DNA of 64,000 nucleotides, from assembly GCA_964493485.1 (NCBI GenBank), contig CAZBMQ010000003.1, positions 8,468-72,467 of the forward strand. Direction: 5' to 3'. How positions within the stretch are numbered: the first letter of the stretch is position 1; every line of letters starts with the position of its first letter. Both the position numbers and the translations under genes were made by a program. Below are positions 8,203 to 17,520 of this stretch, one piece after another. The notes under the pieces are model-generated. The model was given only the letters and a program-made list of their open reading frames with translations. It did not search any database and was not told the DNA's origin. Origin of the DNA: an uncultured Candidatus Saccharibacteria bacterium (GTDB lineage Bacteria; Patescibacteriota; Minisyncoccia; Minisyncoccales; JANBVM01).

Positions 8203-9891
8203 ATGGCAAAACAATCAAAACACCAAAGCCTCCGCATTATCCCACTGGGAGGACTGGGAGAAGTGGGGCGCAATATGACCCTGTTAGAACACGAAAAAAA
8301 GATTTTAATTATTGATATGGGATTAAGAATGCCAGAAGAAAACATGCCCGGAATTGATTTTATCATCCCAAATATAGAATATCTCAAGAAAAGAAAGAAA
8401 GATATCTTAGGGGTTGTGTTTACCCATGGTCATTATGACCATATCGGAGCCATTCCTTATTTAATTGAAAAGATATACAAAAAGAATCTGAAGTTTTTTG
8501 CCAGCCCTCTTACGAAAGGAATAATTTTGAAAAGACAAGAAGATTTCCCGGGGCAGCCCAGATTAAAGATTAACGAAGTAAAAGAGGGGTCAAAGATACA
8601 ATTGGGGGTATTTAAGATTGAATTCTTTAAACAAAATCACAACATTCCAGATAATTTGGGATTGTTTATCGAAACCCCTGTGGGGAATATCCTGCATACA
8701 TCAGACTTTAAGTTTGACCGAAATCCAGTCAATGATACTCCAACTAATTTTAGAAAGTTAAGAAGTATCGGAAAAAGGAATATCCTTTTAATGATGTCTG
8801 ATTCCACTGACGCAGAAGAAGAAGGCCATTCTTTGTCTGAAAAAGAAATCTCAAAAAATCTAGAAGAAATCTTCAAAAAAGCTCGCGGCAGAGTTATTGC
8901 GGCCACTTTTGCTTCTCTTATAAACAGAATCCAACAGATTATCACTATTTCAGAAAAATATAAAAGAAAGGTATGTATTGAAGGCTATTCAATGAAGACT
9001 AATGTGGAAATATCCAAAGCTTTAGGGTATATCAAGGCAAAAAGAGAAACATTTATAAAGGCAAAAGATATAAAAAATTACCCGGAATCCCAAATAACAA
9101 TTTTGTGTACAGGAGCCCAAGGGGAAGCAGAAGCCGCTCTAATGAGAATTACCAATAAAGAACACAAGTTCATAAGAATAGCAAAAAAAGATACCGTTAT
9201 CTTTTCCTCTTCAGTTATTCCAGGAAACGAAAGAACTGTCCAAATTATGAAAGATGAAATTTTGCGACAAGGGGCTAAGGTATATCACTACAAAATGATG
9301 GATATCCATGCCGGGGGTCATGCGAAACAAGAAGAACTAAAGAAAATGATAGAAATAATGAGACCGAGGTTTTTGTTTCCAAACCACGGGCAACACTCAA
9401 TGCTGTTCGCGCATGCTGAGTTAGCAAAAGAAATGGGCATGCCTGAAAAAAATATCATTATTGCTGAAAACGGAGAGGTTATCACCTTAACGCCAAAGAG
9501 ATTTTTTATTGAAAAAAACAAGGTTCCTTCAAATTATGTTATGGTAGACGGTTTAGGCGTGGGAGATGTGGGCGAAGTAGTCTTAAGAGACAGACAGATG
9601 CTGGCAAAGGACGGAATGTTTGTAATCATTGTCGTGGTTGATAAACAAACAGGCAGGGTTATTGGTTCTCCTGATATTATATCAAGGGGGTTTGTCTATT
9701 TAAGAGAATCAAAGGAATTATTGAAAGATACAAGAAAAAAGACAATTGCTATTGTACATAAAGCCACTGGAAGCGGCGGAGCTGTGAACTGGGTTTATGT
9801 AAAAGACGAGATCAAGAACAAAATAGGTAAATTCCTATTTTCAAAAACCCAGCGCCGACCTATGATTCTTCCTGTGGTAATAGAAGTATAA
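8203..9891 (+). CDS. rnj: Ribonuclease J
   Basis: IIPLGGLGEVGRNM, THGHYDHIG metallo-beta-lactamase motif, C-terminal RRPMILPVVIEV. Confidence 0.96.
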   Translation: MAKQSKHQSLRIIPLGGLGEVGRNMTLLEHEKKILIIDMGLRMPEENMPGIDFIIPNIEYLKKRKKDILGVVFTHGHYDHIGAIPYLIEKIYKKNLKFFASPLTKGIILKRQEDFPGQPRLKINEVKEGSKIQLGVFKIEFFKQNHNIPDNLGLFIETPVGNILHTSDFKFDRNPVNDTPTNFRKLRSIGKRNILLMMSDSTDAEEEGHSLSEKEISKNLEEIFKKARGRVIAATFASLINRIQQIITISEKYKRKVCIEGYSMKTNVEISKALGYIKAKRETFIKAKDIKNYPESQITILCTGAQGEAEAALMRITNKEHKFIRIAKKDTVIFSSSVIPGNERTVQIMKDEILRQGAKVYHYKMMDIHAGGHAKQEELKKMIEIMRPRFLFPNHGQHSMLFAHAELAKEMGMPEKNIIIAENGEVITLTPKRFFIEKNKVPSNYVMVDGLGVGDVGEVVLRDRQMLAKDGMFVIIVVVDKQTGRVIGSPDIISRGFVYLRESKELLKDTRKKTIAIVHKATGSGGAVNWVYVKDEIKNKIGKFLFSKTQRRPMILPVVIEV

Positions 9892-9928
9892 AGCAAAACC
9901 TTAAGCTTTAAATTTCAAACTCTTTATC

Positions 9929-9957
9929 TTGACATATATTTTTAACTAATATATTCT
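9929..9957 (+). promoter_or_regulatory. Sigma70 promoter of the trp leader/trpB2
   Basis: TTGACA (9929-9934)-N17-TATTCT (9952-9957). Confidence 0.7.
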
Positions 9958-9967
9958 TAAAAACGGT

Positions 9968-10081
9968 ATGACAGATATGTATTGTTTGAATAATAAGAAA
10001 AAAACTAAACCAGAAAATCAGAACTGGTGGGTTTTGCATTCTTATTCCTGCAAAGCCCGGTTTTGGGTTGTTTATGAATAA
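9968..10081 (+). CDS. trpL: Tryptophan leader peptide (37 aa; alternative start 9977)
   Basis: MTDMYCLNNKKKTKPENQNWWVLHSYSCKARFWVVYE*, tandem TGG TGG at 10025-10030 directly upstream of trpB2. Confidence 0.8.
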   Translation: MTDMYCLNNKKKTKPENQNWWVLHSYSCKARFWVVYE

Positions 10082-10146
10082 ATAAATAAAACTAATAGAT
10101 AAACAAGAAATCCTCTCCTGGCTTTGCAGGAGAGGATTTTTGTTTT
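10029..10146 (+). promoter_or_regulatory. Ribosome-mediated transcription attenuator
   Basis: Pause hairpin 10029-10038/10049-10058; antiterminator 10046-10057 is the exact complement of 10120-10131; terminator stem 10108-10120/10127-10139 followed by TTGTTTT. Confidence 0.82.
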
Positions 10147-10198
10147 ATTACAAAGGTCGAAAAAGGTCGAAATAAAATCAGATAAATATTTAACAAAT

Positions 10199-11566
10199 AT
10201 GAAAAACACAAAAATCATTCTTGAAGAAAATAAAATCCCAAAACAGTGGTATAACATCCTGGCTGACCTGCCCTTTAAGATGCCTCCTGTTATCAATCCT
10301 GCTACCAAAAAGCCAGTTAAGCCTGAAGATTTGCTGCCTATTTTCCCAGAAGCCTTAGTGCAACAAGAAATGACAACAGAAAGATATATAGATATCCCAG
10401 AAGAGGTATTAGAGGTATATAAAATATGGAGACCTACCCCATTATATCGGGCTTACCGGTTAGAAAAAGCTCTGAATACGCCAGCTAAAATCTATTATAA
10501 GTGGGAGGGTGTAAGTCCACCGGGCAGTCATAAACCAAATACTGCTGTAGCCCAAGCCTATTACAACAAAAAAGAAGGTATCAAAAGGCTCACTACTGAA
10601 ACAGGGGCAGGGCAATGGGGAAGCGCGCTTGCCTTTGGTTGTCAAACCTTTGGTCTTGAATGCAAGGTTTATATGGTAAAAATCAGTTATGAGCAAAAGC
10701 CGTACCGAAAGATATTAATGAAGACATGGGGGGCTGAGGTTGTTCCAAGTCCCAGCACGGAGACAAAGGCTGGAAGAGAAGTTCTTGCAAAGAATCCTGA
10801 TTCTCCGGGTTCTTTAGGAATAGCAATAAGCGAAGCAATTGAAGATGCAGTCACCCACAAAGATACAAAATACTCCTTAGGAAGCGTATTGAACCATGTG
10901 CTTTTGCATCAAACCATTGTCGGGCAAGAAACCAAAAAACAATTAGAAATCGTTAATGAATACCCAGACATCTTGATAGGGTGCGTTGGAGGAGGAAGCA
11001 ATTTTGCAGGACTCTTCTTGCCTTTTGTAAAAGATAAGCTTCAAGGCAAGAAACCCAATCTAAGAATAGTATGTGCTGAATCTACTGCCTGTCCAAGTCT
11101 CACAAAAGGGCTTTACAGATATGACTTTGGAGATACTGCCTGCACTACTCCCCTATTGAAAATGTACACATTGGGACATGGGTTTATTCCAGCCCCTATA
11201 CACGCTGGAGGACTTCGTTATCACGGAATGGCTCCAATTGTGTGTGCTCTTTATGATAGAAAAATTATTGAAGCTGTAGCATACCACCAAAATGAAGTGT
11301 TTAAAGCGGCTATTCAGTTTGCTAAAGCAGAGGGTTTTATTCCTGCACCAGAATCAGCACATGCAATAAAAGCTGTAATAGATGAAGCAGAAAAGTGTAA
11401 AAAGACAGGGGAACCAAAAGTAATTGTATTCAGCTTTAGCGGACATGGACATTTCGACCTTAAGGCTTATGAGAGTTATCTTGAAGGTCGCCTCAAAGAC
11501 TACGAATATCCAGAAGAAAAAGTAAGAGAAGCTTTAAAATATCTTCCTGTAATAAACAACCAATAG
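10199..11566 (+). CDS. trpB2: Tryptophan synthase beta chain, TrpB2 type
   Basis: [14 protein letters not shown]-terminus, [11 protein letters not shown] lysine, [23 protein letters not shown]; ATG 10199 lies downstream of the attenuator. Confidence 0.93.
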   Translation: MKNTKIILEENKIPKQWYNILADLPFKMPPVINPATKKPVKPEDLLPIFPEALVQQEMTTERYIDIPEEVLEVYKIWRPTPLYRAYRLEKALNTPAKIYYKWEGVSPPGSHKPNTAVAQAYYNKKEGIKRLTTETGAGQWGSALAFGCQTFGLECKVYMVKISYEQKPYRKILMKTWGAEVVPSPSTETKAGREVLAKNPDSPGSLGIAISEAIEDAVTHKDTKYSLGSVLNHVLLHQTIVGQETKKQLEIVNEYPDILIGCVGGGSNFAGLFLPFVKDKLQGKKPNLRIVCAESTACPSLTKGLYRYDFGDTACTTPLLKMYTLGHGFIPAPIHAGGLRYHGMAPIVCALYDRKIIEAVAYHQNEVFKAAIQFAKAEGFIPAPESAHAIKAVIDEAEKCKKTGEPKVIVFSFSGHGHFDLKAYESYLEGRLKDYEYPEEKVREALKYLPVINNQ

Positions 11567-11580
11567 GCAAATAGGAGAAT

Positions 11581-11612
11581 GGGTGGCTAGAGAAAATCTA
11601 GCCATCCTTCTT
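11581..11612 (+). terminator. Hairpin/terminator after trpB2
   Basis: GGGTGGCTAGA-GAAAA-TCTAGCCATCC followed by TTCTT. Confidence 0.55.
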
Positions 11613-11673
11613 CTGGATATAGACTTATAAAGGTCTAAATGATATTATTAAAAAATAATTTCTCTAAAAAACT

Positions 11674-12648
11674 ATGAGAATCTTTAGCGGCATAAGACCC
11701 ACAGGAGAACTTCATATTGGAAATTATTTGGGCGCTATTAAACAATGGATTGAACTGCAGGAAAAGAATGAATGTATTTTTTGTATTGTTGACCTACATG
11801 CTATCACTACTCCTTATGAAAAAGAAAATCTACAAAAAAATATTTTAGAGATAGCTGTAGAATATCTATCTGCTGGTTTAAATCCTGAAAAAACCATTAT
11901 CTTTGTCCAATCACAAGTAAAAGAACATGCTGAACTTGCTTGGCTTTTAGGCAGTATCACCCCTCTCGGAGAATTGAAAAGAATGACTCAATTCAAAGAA
12001 AAAGCAAAAAAGCATCCAGAATACATTAATGCCGGGCTATTAAACTATCCTGTATTAATGGCGGCTGACATATTGCTGTATCAAACAGAAGCAGTACCTG
12101 TAGGAAAGGACCAACAACAGCATGTGGAGTTAACCAGAACTATTGCAAAGAGATTTAATCAAAAGTTTGGAAAAACATTTAAGATTCCCAAAACCCTTCT
12201 GCCAAAAACAGGTGCTAAGATTATGTGTCTGCAAAATCCAAAGAAAAAAATGTCAAAAACCGGCAATCCAAAAGGATGTATCAATCTCTCCGATGAACCA
12301 GAGATAATCAGGAAAAAAGTGATGTCTGCTGTTACAGATACTGGAAAAGAAATCCGCTATAATCCTCAAAAGAAACCAGGAATTTCAAACCTCCTAACTA
12401 TTTATTCCTTATTTTCGGGAAAACCAATAAAACTGCTGGAAAAAGAATTCAAAAATAAAGGTTATGCAAACTTCAAAAAATCCTTAGCAGAGTTATTGAT
12501 AGAATCTTTAAAGCCTTTAAGAGAGAAAAGAAAAGAACTTCTCATGAGAGAAGTATATGTTGAAGAAATCTTAAAACAAGGAAAAAGAAAAGCTCAACTT
12601 ATTGCCCAATCCACCATGCAGAAAGTCAAAAAAAGGATGGGGCTTTGA
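11674..12648 (+). CDS. trpS: Tryptophan--tRNA ligase
   Basis: SGIRPTGELHIGNYLGA, YPVLMAADIL, VGKDQ.QH, KMSK. Confidence 0.97.
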   Translation: MRIFSGIRPTGELHIGNYLGAIKQWIELQEKNECIFCIVDLHAITTPYEKENLQKNILEIAVEYLSAGLNPEKTIIFVQSQVKEHAELAWLLGSITPLGELKRMTQFKEKAKKHPEYINAGLLNYPVLMAADILLYQTEAVPVGKDQQQHVELTRTIAKRFNQKFGKTFKIPKTLLPKTGAKIMCLQNPKKKMSKTGNPKGCINLSDEPEIIRKKVMSAVTDTGKEIRYNPQKKPGISNLLTIYSLFSGKPIKLLEKEFKNKGYANFKKSLAELLIESLKPLREKRKELLMREVYVEEILKQGKRKAQLIAQSTMQKVKKRMGL

Positions 12649-12656
12649 TTTGATTA

Positions 12657-14024
12657 TTATTTATCACTCTTTTCTATTAAAGAAAGCAGTCTCTTTTTAT
12701 GTTTTTCTAATAGGTTTTTGGTTTTTGCTTCTAGGACCAATCTAACAAGGGGTTCTGTATTCGATGGACGCAGATTAAACCACCAATCTTTAAAACTAAT
12801 CTTTATCCCATCAATCTTAGAAATTTCCCCCTTTCTACCAAACTCTTTCTCTAAAACCGCTAAGACTTTCTTTTTGTCTTTTACTTTAAAGTTTATTTCT
12901 CCTGAATGAAAATATTTTTGGAACGACTTTATTAGTTGAGAAAGAGGTTTATGAGCTTTTGACATCTCTTTAAGAATTAAAAACAAAACATAAAAAGGAC
13001 ACTCACAAAAATAATGTTCTCTTGAATAATAGTGGCCTGAAAACTCTCCGGCAAAGAGAATATTCTCTCTTCTCATTCTTTCTTTTATAAAAGAATGGCC
13101 TATTCTGTTTGCTAAGGGGATACCTCTATTTTTCTCTATGGTCTCTTTTACTATATTGCTTGAACGAACATCGTATATTACCTTCTCTTTAGGTCTTCCT
13201 CTCAAAAGTATATCTGAAACCAATGCTGTTATAATATCTCCTGATACAATCTTTGCTTTTTCAGTAAGAAAAACAATTCTATCTCCATCTCCATCAAAAG
13301 CCACACCTAGGTCTCCTTTTCGTCTTATAAGTTCTTTTTTTAAAAATCTCAGGTTTTCCTTTTTTAAAGGGTCTGGATTATGGTTTGGGAAAGTGCCATC
13401 GAGTTCTTTAAATAGATGAAATATTTTAAATGGGAATTTTTTAAAAATAGATGGGATTATTATCCCAGAAACACTATTTGCTGTATCTATTACTATCCTA
13501 AGCGAAGAAAATGCTCTGGTATCAATTCCCTTTAAATTAAATCTGACATAGTCTTGCAGTACCTTCTTTTTTATTATTCTGCCTTTTTTAGACGCTCTAA
13601 GTTCTTTCTCAAAGACAAATTTTTCTATCTTTTTCAGTCCTGTCTTACCGCTGATTGGAATTGCGTTTTCTCTTACCAATTTAAACCCATTATATTCAGG
13701 AGGATTATGAGAACTAGTAATCATTATTCCTCCGTCAAACCCATAAAAGGCGACTGCAAAATAAAACATTGGTGTGGTTGAGAGCCCAATATTCACTACA
13801 TCAGATCCAGCTTGAGTGATTCCTTTGCTTAGGTGCTTAAAGAGAGCTGGAGAAGAAATACGATTATCCTGCCCTACCACAATCTTGAATTTTGATTTTT
13901 TTTGCTTTTCTTTTAAAAATTTAATGAATCCCTGTCCTACCTTAAAAGCCATTTCTTCATTTACTTCATCTGGATATAAACCTCTAATGTCGTATGCCTT
14001 AAAGATGTTTGATTTCTTTTCCAT
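12657..14024 (-). CDS. Phosphomannomutase/phosphoglucomutase
   Basis: FKAYDIRG, ITSSHNP phosphoserine loop, FDGDGDR, GEFSGH, RPSNTEP. Confidence 0.93.
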   Translation of the reverse strand: MEKKSNIFKAYDIRGLYPDEVNEEMAFKVGQGFIKFLKEKQKKSKFKIVVGQDNRISSPALFKHLSKGITQAGSDVVNIGLSTTPMFYFAVAFYGFDGGIMITSSHNPPEYNGFKLVRENAIPISGKTGLKKIEKFVFEKELRASKKGRIIKKKVLQDYVRFNLKGIDTRAFSSLRIVIDTANSVSGIIIPSIFKKFPFKIFHLFKELDGTFPNHNPDPLKKENLRFLKKELIRRKGDLGVAFDGDGDRIVFLTEKAKIVSGDIITALVSDILLRGRPKEKVIYDVRSSNIVKETIEKNRGIPLANRIGHSFIKERMRRENILFAGEFSGHYYSREHYFCECPFYVLFLILKEMSKAHKPLSQLIKSFQKYFHSGEINFKVKDKKKVLAVLEKEFGRKGEISKIDGIKISFKDWWFNLRPSNTEPLVRLVLEAKTKNLLEKHKKRLLSLIEKSDK

Positions 14025-14072
14025 ATAGTTTTATTCTACCAAACTATAAAAAACCAGCCAAATTAACAATAA

Positions 14073-14101
14073 TTGACATTAAACCCCTAAAAGGTTATCA
14101 T
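14073..14101 (+). promoter_or_regulatory. Sigma70 promoter of ychF (probably leaderless)
   Basis: TTGACA-N17-TATCAT, with ATG 14108 lying 6 nt downstream. Confidence 0.65.
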
Positions 14102-14107
14102 ATCCTT

Positions 14108-15136
14108 ATGAGTTTTTCAGTAGGTATTGTAGGATTGCCGAATGTAGGCAAATCCACTTTATTTAAAGCACTAACAAAAAAAGAGGTTGCTATAGAACCT
14201 CGTCCTTTTACAACCATAAATCCAAACTTTGGAGTGGTTTCTGTTCCAAACGAAAGACTGAATAAGCTGGCTGAAATAATCAAGCCTGAAAAAACAACAC
14301 CTACTATAATAGAATTTATAGATATTGCAGGCCTGGTAAAAGGAGCTCACAAGGGAGAAGGATTAGGAAATCAATTCTTAGCCCAGATAAGAAACTGCGA
14401 TGCAATATTAGAGGTAGTGAGAATCTTTAAAAACCCAGGGGTTGAGAATGTATTGGGAGAGATTAATCCTAAAAAAGAAATTGAGGTGGTAAAAACTGAG
14501 TTGTTAATGAAAGACCTGGAAACCTTAGAAAAAATAATATCAAAATTAGAAAAAAAGAGAGAGAGAAAAGATATAAAAAAAATTGAAATATTAAAAAGAA
14601 TTAAAGAAGAGGTCTCTCAAGGCAAACTCATTTCAGAGATAGATTTAACAGAAGAAGAAAAAACAGAGATTAAAGAATATCAAACATTAACAGAAAAACC
14701 CATTCTTTATGTCTTAAACACTGATAATGATATAAAACCTCTTGATCTTCAAGCAAGGTACCTGGTTATGAATCTAAAAGAAGAAAATGAAATCTTAGAA
14801 CTTTCAGAAGCAGATAGAAAAGAATTGGGTTTAGAATCCCATCTTGGCAAATTAATCTTATCCTGCTATGATATTTTAAATCTTATCACTTTCTTTACAG
14901 TGGCCGGGGGCAAGGAAGTAAGGGCTTGGACAATTGAAAAGGGCTCTAAAGCGCCTGAGGCAGGCGGAGCTGTGCACACGGATTTTAAAGAAAAATTCAT
15001 CAGGGCAGAGGTTATCAATTGGCAAGATCTGGTTTCAGCTGGCTCCTGGTCAAAAGCAAGAGAAAAAGGCTGGGTAAAAGTAGCAGGAAAAGACTATATC
15101 GTGCAAGATGGAGATGTAATTGAATTTAAGATATAG
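14108..15136 (+). CDS. ychF: Obg-family ATPase YchF
   Basis: GIVGLPNVGKSTLF, DIAGLVKGA..GEGLGNQFL, GKDYIVQDGDVIEF; start ATG 14108. Confidence 0.95.
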   Translation: MSFSVGIVGLPNVGKSTLFKALTKKEVAIEPRPFTTINPNFGVVSVPNERLNKLAEIIKPEKTTPTIIEFIDIAGLVKGAHKGEGLGNQFLAQIRNCDAILEVVRIFKNPGVENVLGEINPKKEIEVVKTELLMKDLETLEKIISKLEKKRERKDIKKIEILKRIKEEVSQGKLISEIDLTEEEKTEIKEYQTLTEKPILYVLNTDNDIKPLDLQARYLVMNLKEENEILELSEADRKELGLESHLGKLILSCYDILNLITFFTVAGGKEVRAWTIEKGSKAPEAGGAVHTDFKEKFIRAEVINWQDLVSAGSWSKAREKGWVKVAGKDYIVQDGDVIEFKI

Positions 15137-15213
15137 TTAATTATTACGAATTGAAGTGCTAGTTTATGCTATTAGGTTAGCCTAAATCTGCACCAAATTC
15201 GTACTCTATTCCC

Positions 15214-15603
15214 ATGAATTTTTATGAATTTACATATCTAATAGATCCTGAACTCTCAAAAACAGAAATAACTTCTTTGCAAGATAAAATAAAATCTTTG
15301 ATACAAGAAGAAGGAGGAACAGTCAAAAGCACTGGTCATCCTAGTAAAAGAATTTTGGCATATCCAATCAAAAAAAAGAGAGAGGCTTTCTTGGCTGATT
15401 TAAGTTTTGTTCTTGAACCAGAAAAATTGAAAAATATTAAAAAGAAGTTAAAAGCAGAAAAACAAATCCTTAGGTTTTTACTTTTAAAAAAGCAACCTCC
15501 AAAAGAACCAAAGGTTGCGAGAAAACCAAGAATAAAAACAAAAACAAAGGTCGAGCTAAAAGAAATTGAAAAAAAGCTTGAAGAAATCTTGGGAGCTGAT
15601 TAG
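15214..15603 (+). CDS. rpsF: 30S ribosomal protein S6
   Basis: YEFTYLIDP..KRILAYPIKK..ILRFLLL; rpsF-ssb-rpsR synteny. Confidence 0.93.
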   Translation: MNFYEFTYLIDPELSKTEITSLQDKIKSLIQEEGGTVKSTGHPSKRILAYPIKKKREAFLADLSFVLEPEKLKNIKKKLKAEKQILRFLLLKKQPPKEPKVARKPRIKTKTKVELKEIEKKLEEILGAD

Positions 15604-15669
15604 CTCATTGGCTTATTAGGTTTGATATTAAATGATTAATTTTAATTAATAACCTAATAGGCTAAAAAT

Positions 15670-16131
15670 ATGAACCTAAACAAAGTATTTTTAATCGGAA
15701 GGTTGACTAGGGACCCGGAAATGAGAATGCTTCCTTCTGGACAGGCGGTAGCTAATTTTGGACTAGCTACAAGCAGATATTTTACTGATAAATCAGGACA
15801 GAAACAGCAGGAAACAGAATTTCATAATATTGTGTTGTTTGGAAGACTGGCTGAAATTGCTTCTCAATATCTGAGAAAAGGCTCGTTGGCTTTTGTGGAG
15901 GGGAGAATCAGAACCAGAAATTGGGAAGATTCCTCGGGAACAAAAAAATACAGAACAGAAATTATTGTTGAAAGATTGCAATTAGGTCCTAAATTAGCTG
16001 AAAAAGTTATACCTCCTATTCCAGAAGAAACTACAACCCAACAGCCAGCCGCTGAAAAAACCCAAGTATCTGAAGAAGAAATACCTATAATTGAAGAGGA
16101 AGAAATAAATGTTGAGGATATACCATTTTAA
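15670..16131 (+). CDS. ssb: Single-stranded DNA-binding protein
   Basis: NKVFLIGRLTRDPE; acidic tail ending EDIPF. Confidence 0.97.
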   Translation: MNLNKVFLIGRLTRDPEMRMLPSGQAVANFGLATSRYFTDKSGQKQQETEFHNIVLFGRLAEIASQYLRKGSLAFVEGRIRTRNWEDSSGTKKYRTEIIVERLQLGPKLAEKVIPPIPEETTTQQPAAEKTQVSEEEIPIIEEEEINVEDIPF

Positions 16132-16263
16132 CCTCTTTAACCTCGCTTCGTGAGGAAACTCTAAATCCGAAATCCTAAACTCTAAACTTTATGGAAACTA
16201 TTTATCTGTGGTTCAGAATTTACAAGTTAGGATTTAAGATTTTCCCTGCGAAGTAGTGACATC

Positions 16264-16461
16264 ATGGCTTGTTATTTTTGTCAAAGAAATATCAAGGAGA
16301 TTGATTTTAAGAATGTAGAACTTCTAAGGAAGTTTATTTCTGGTTTAGCAAAAATCAGACCAAAAAAAAGAACTGGGGTCTGTGCCAGTCATCAAAGAAA
16401 ATTAGCCAAAGCTATTAAGAGAGCTCGATTTTTAGGATTGCTTCCTTTTACTACAAAATAG
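16264..16461 (+). CDS. rpsR: 30S ribosomal protein S18 (Zn-binding type)
   Basis: CYFC..IDFKNVELLRKFIS..TGVCASHQRKLAKAIKRARFLGLLPF. Confidence 0.96.
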   Translation: MACYFCQRNIKEIDFKNVELLRKFISGLAKIRPKKRTGVCASHQRKLAKAIKRARFLGLLPFTTK

Positions 16462-16488
16462 GTACAGCAAAAGAATAAAATCAAAAGG

Positions 16489-17499
16489 CTACATCACTTT
16501 ATTTTTGATGGCCTTTTTTATTCTTTCCAATACATCTTTATTTTCCTTTAAAAATTGTCTGCTCGCTTCCATGCCTTGCCCTAACTTTATGTCTTCAAAA
16601 AGATACCAGCTTCCAGAACGTTTTATTATCTCGTTTTTCAAAGCTGTGTTTAGAATGTCGCCGAAATAAGATATTCCTTCGTTGTAATAAATATCAAACT
16701 CGGCTGTCTTAAACGGGGGCGCTACCTTGTTCTTTACTACTTTAGCCATTACCCTATTCCCAATAATTTCATTGCCATGTTTTATTTGCGCTATTCTTTT
16801 CAAATGAATTCTCACAGAAGCATAAAATTTTAATGCTAATCCCCCAGGAGTGGTCTCTGGATTGCCAAAACGCTGGCCAATCTTCATCCGCGTTTGATTA
16901 ATAAAAATAACTATTGTTTTTGTCTTTGCTATAATACCAGAAAGTTTTCTTAAAGCTTGACTCATTAAACGAGCCTGAAGGCCAATTTGAAATTCCCCCA
17001 TTTCTCCTGCAATTTCAGCCTGAGGCACCAAGGCTGCTACAGAATCCACCACAATCACATCAATCTCTCCTGATTTTACTAATGTTTCTACGATTTGAAG
17101 AGCCTGTTCACCAGAATCAGGCTGAGAAATTAATAAATCATCAACATTCACACCGATTCTTTTTGCATAATCCGGATCTAAAGCGTGTTCTGCGTCTACA
17201 AAAGCACCTACTCCTTTCCTTTTTTGAGCTTCTGCTAAAATGTGGAGAGCAAGAGTGGTTTTTCCTGACATCTCCGGTCCATAAATTTCAATCACCCTCC
17301 CTCTTGGAACTCCTCCTACCCCTAAGGCTAAATCTAAAGAAATAGAACCTGTAGGGATAACCTCTACAGTAGAAGATTTGCTTTCTTTCAATCTCATAAT
17401 AGATCCTTCACCAAATCGCTGTTTAATTTCAGCTACTGCCTCTTCTAATTGCTTCTTTTCCTTATCGCTTGAAGCTTTTTTGGTTTTTTGTTTTGCCAT
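16489..17499 (-). CDS. recA: Recombinase RecA
   Basis: [40 protein letters not shown]. Confidence 0.98.
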   Translation of the reverse strand: MAKQKTKKASSDKEKKQLEEAVAEIKQRFGEGSIMRLKESKSSTVEVIPTGSISLDLALGVGGVPRGRVIEIYGPEMSGKTTLALHILAEAQKRKGVGAFVDAEHALDPDYAKRIGVNVDDLLISQPDSGEQALQIVETLVKSGEIDVIVVDSVAALVPQAEIAGEMGEFQIGLQARLMSQALRKLSGIIAKTKTIVIFINQTRMKIGQRFGNPETTPGGLALKFYASVRIHLKRIAQIKHGNEIIGNRVMAKVVKNKVAPPFKTAEFDIYYNEGISYFGDILNTALKNEIIKRSGSWYLFEDIKLGQGMEASRQFLKENKDVLERIKKAIKNKVM

Positions 17500-17520
17500 A
17501 TATTATATTTTAGACTATTT

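Noticed and set aside
10124-10198. ORF-track N-terminal extension of TrpB2 (TTG 10124)
   Set aside because: The start lies inside the attenuator terminator; family similarity begins at ATG 10199
11567-11673. T-box riboswitch upstream of trpS
   Set aside because: The spacer is too short and lacks the T-box consensus; only a simple hairpin is present
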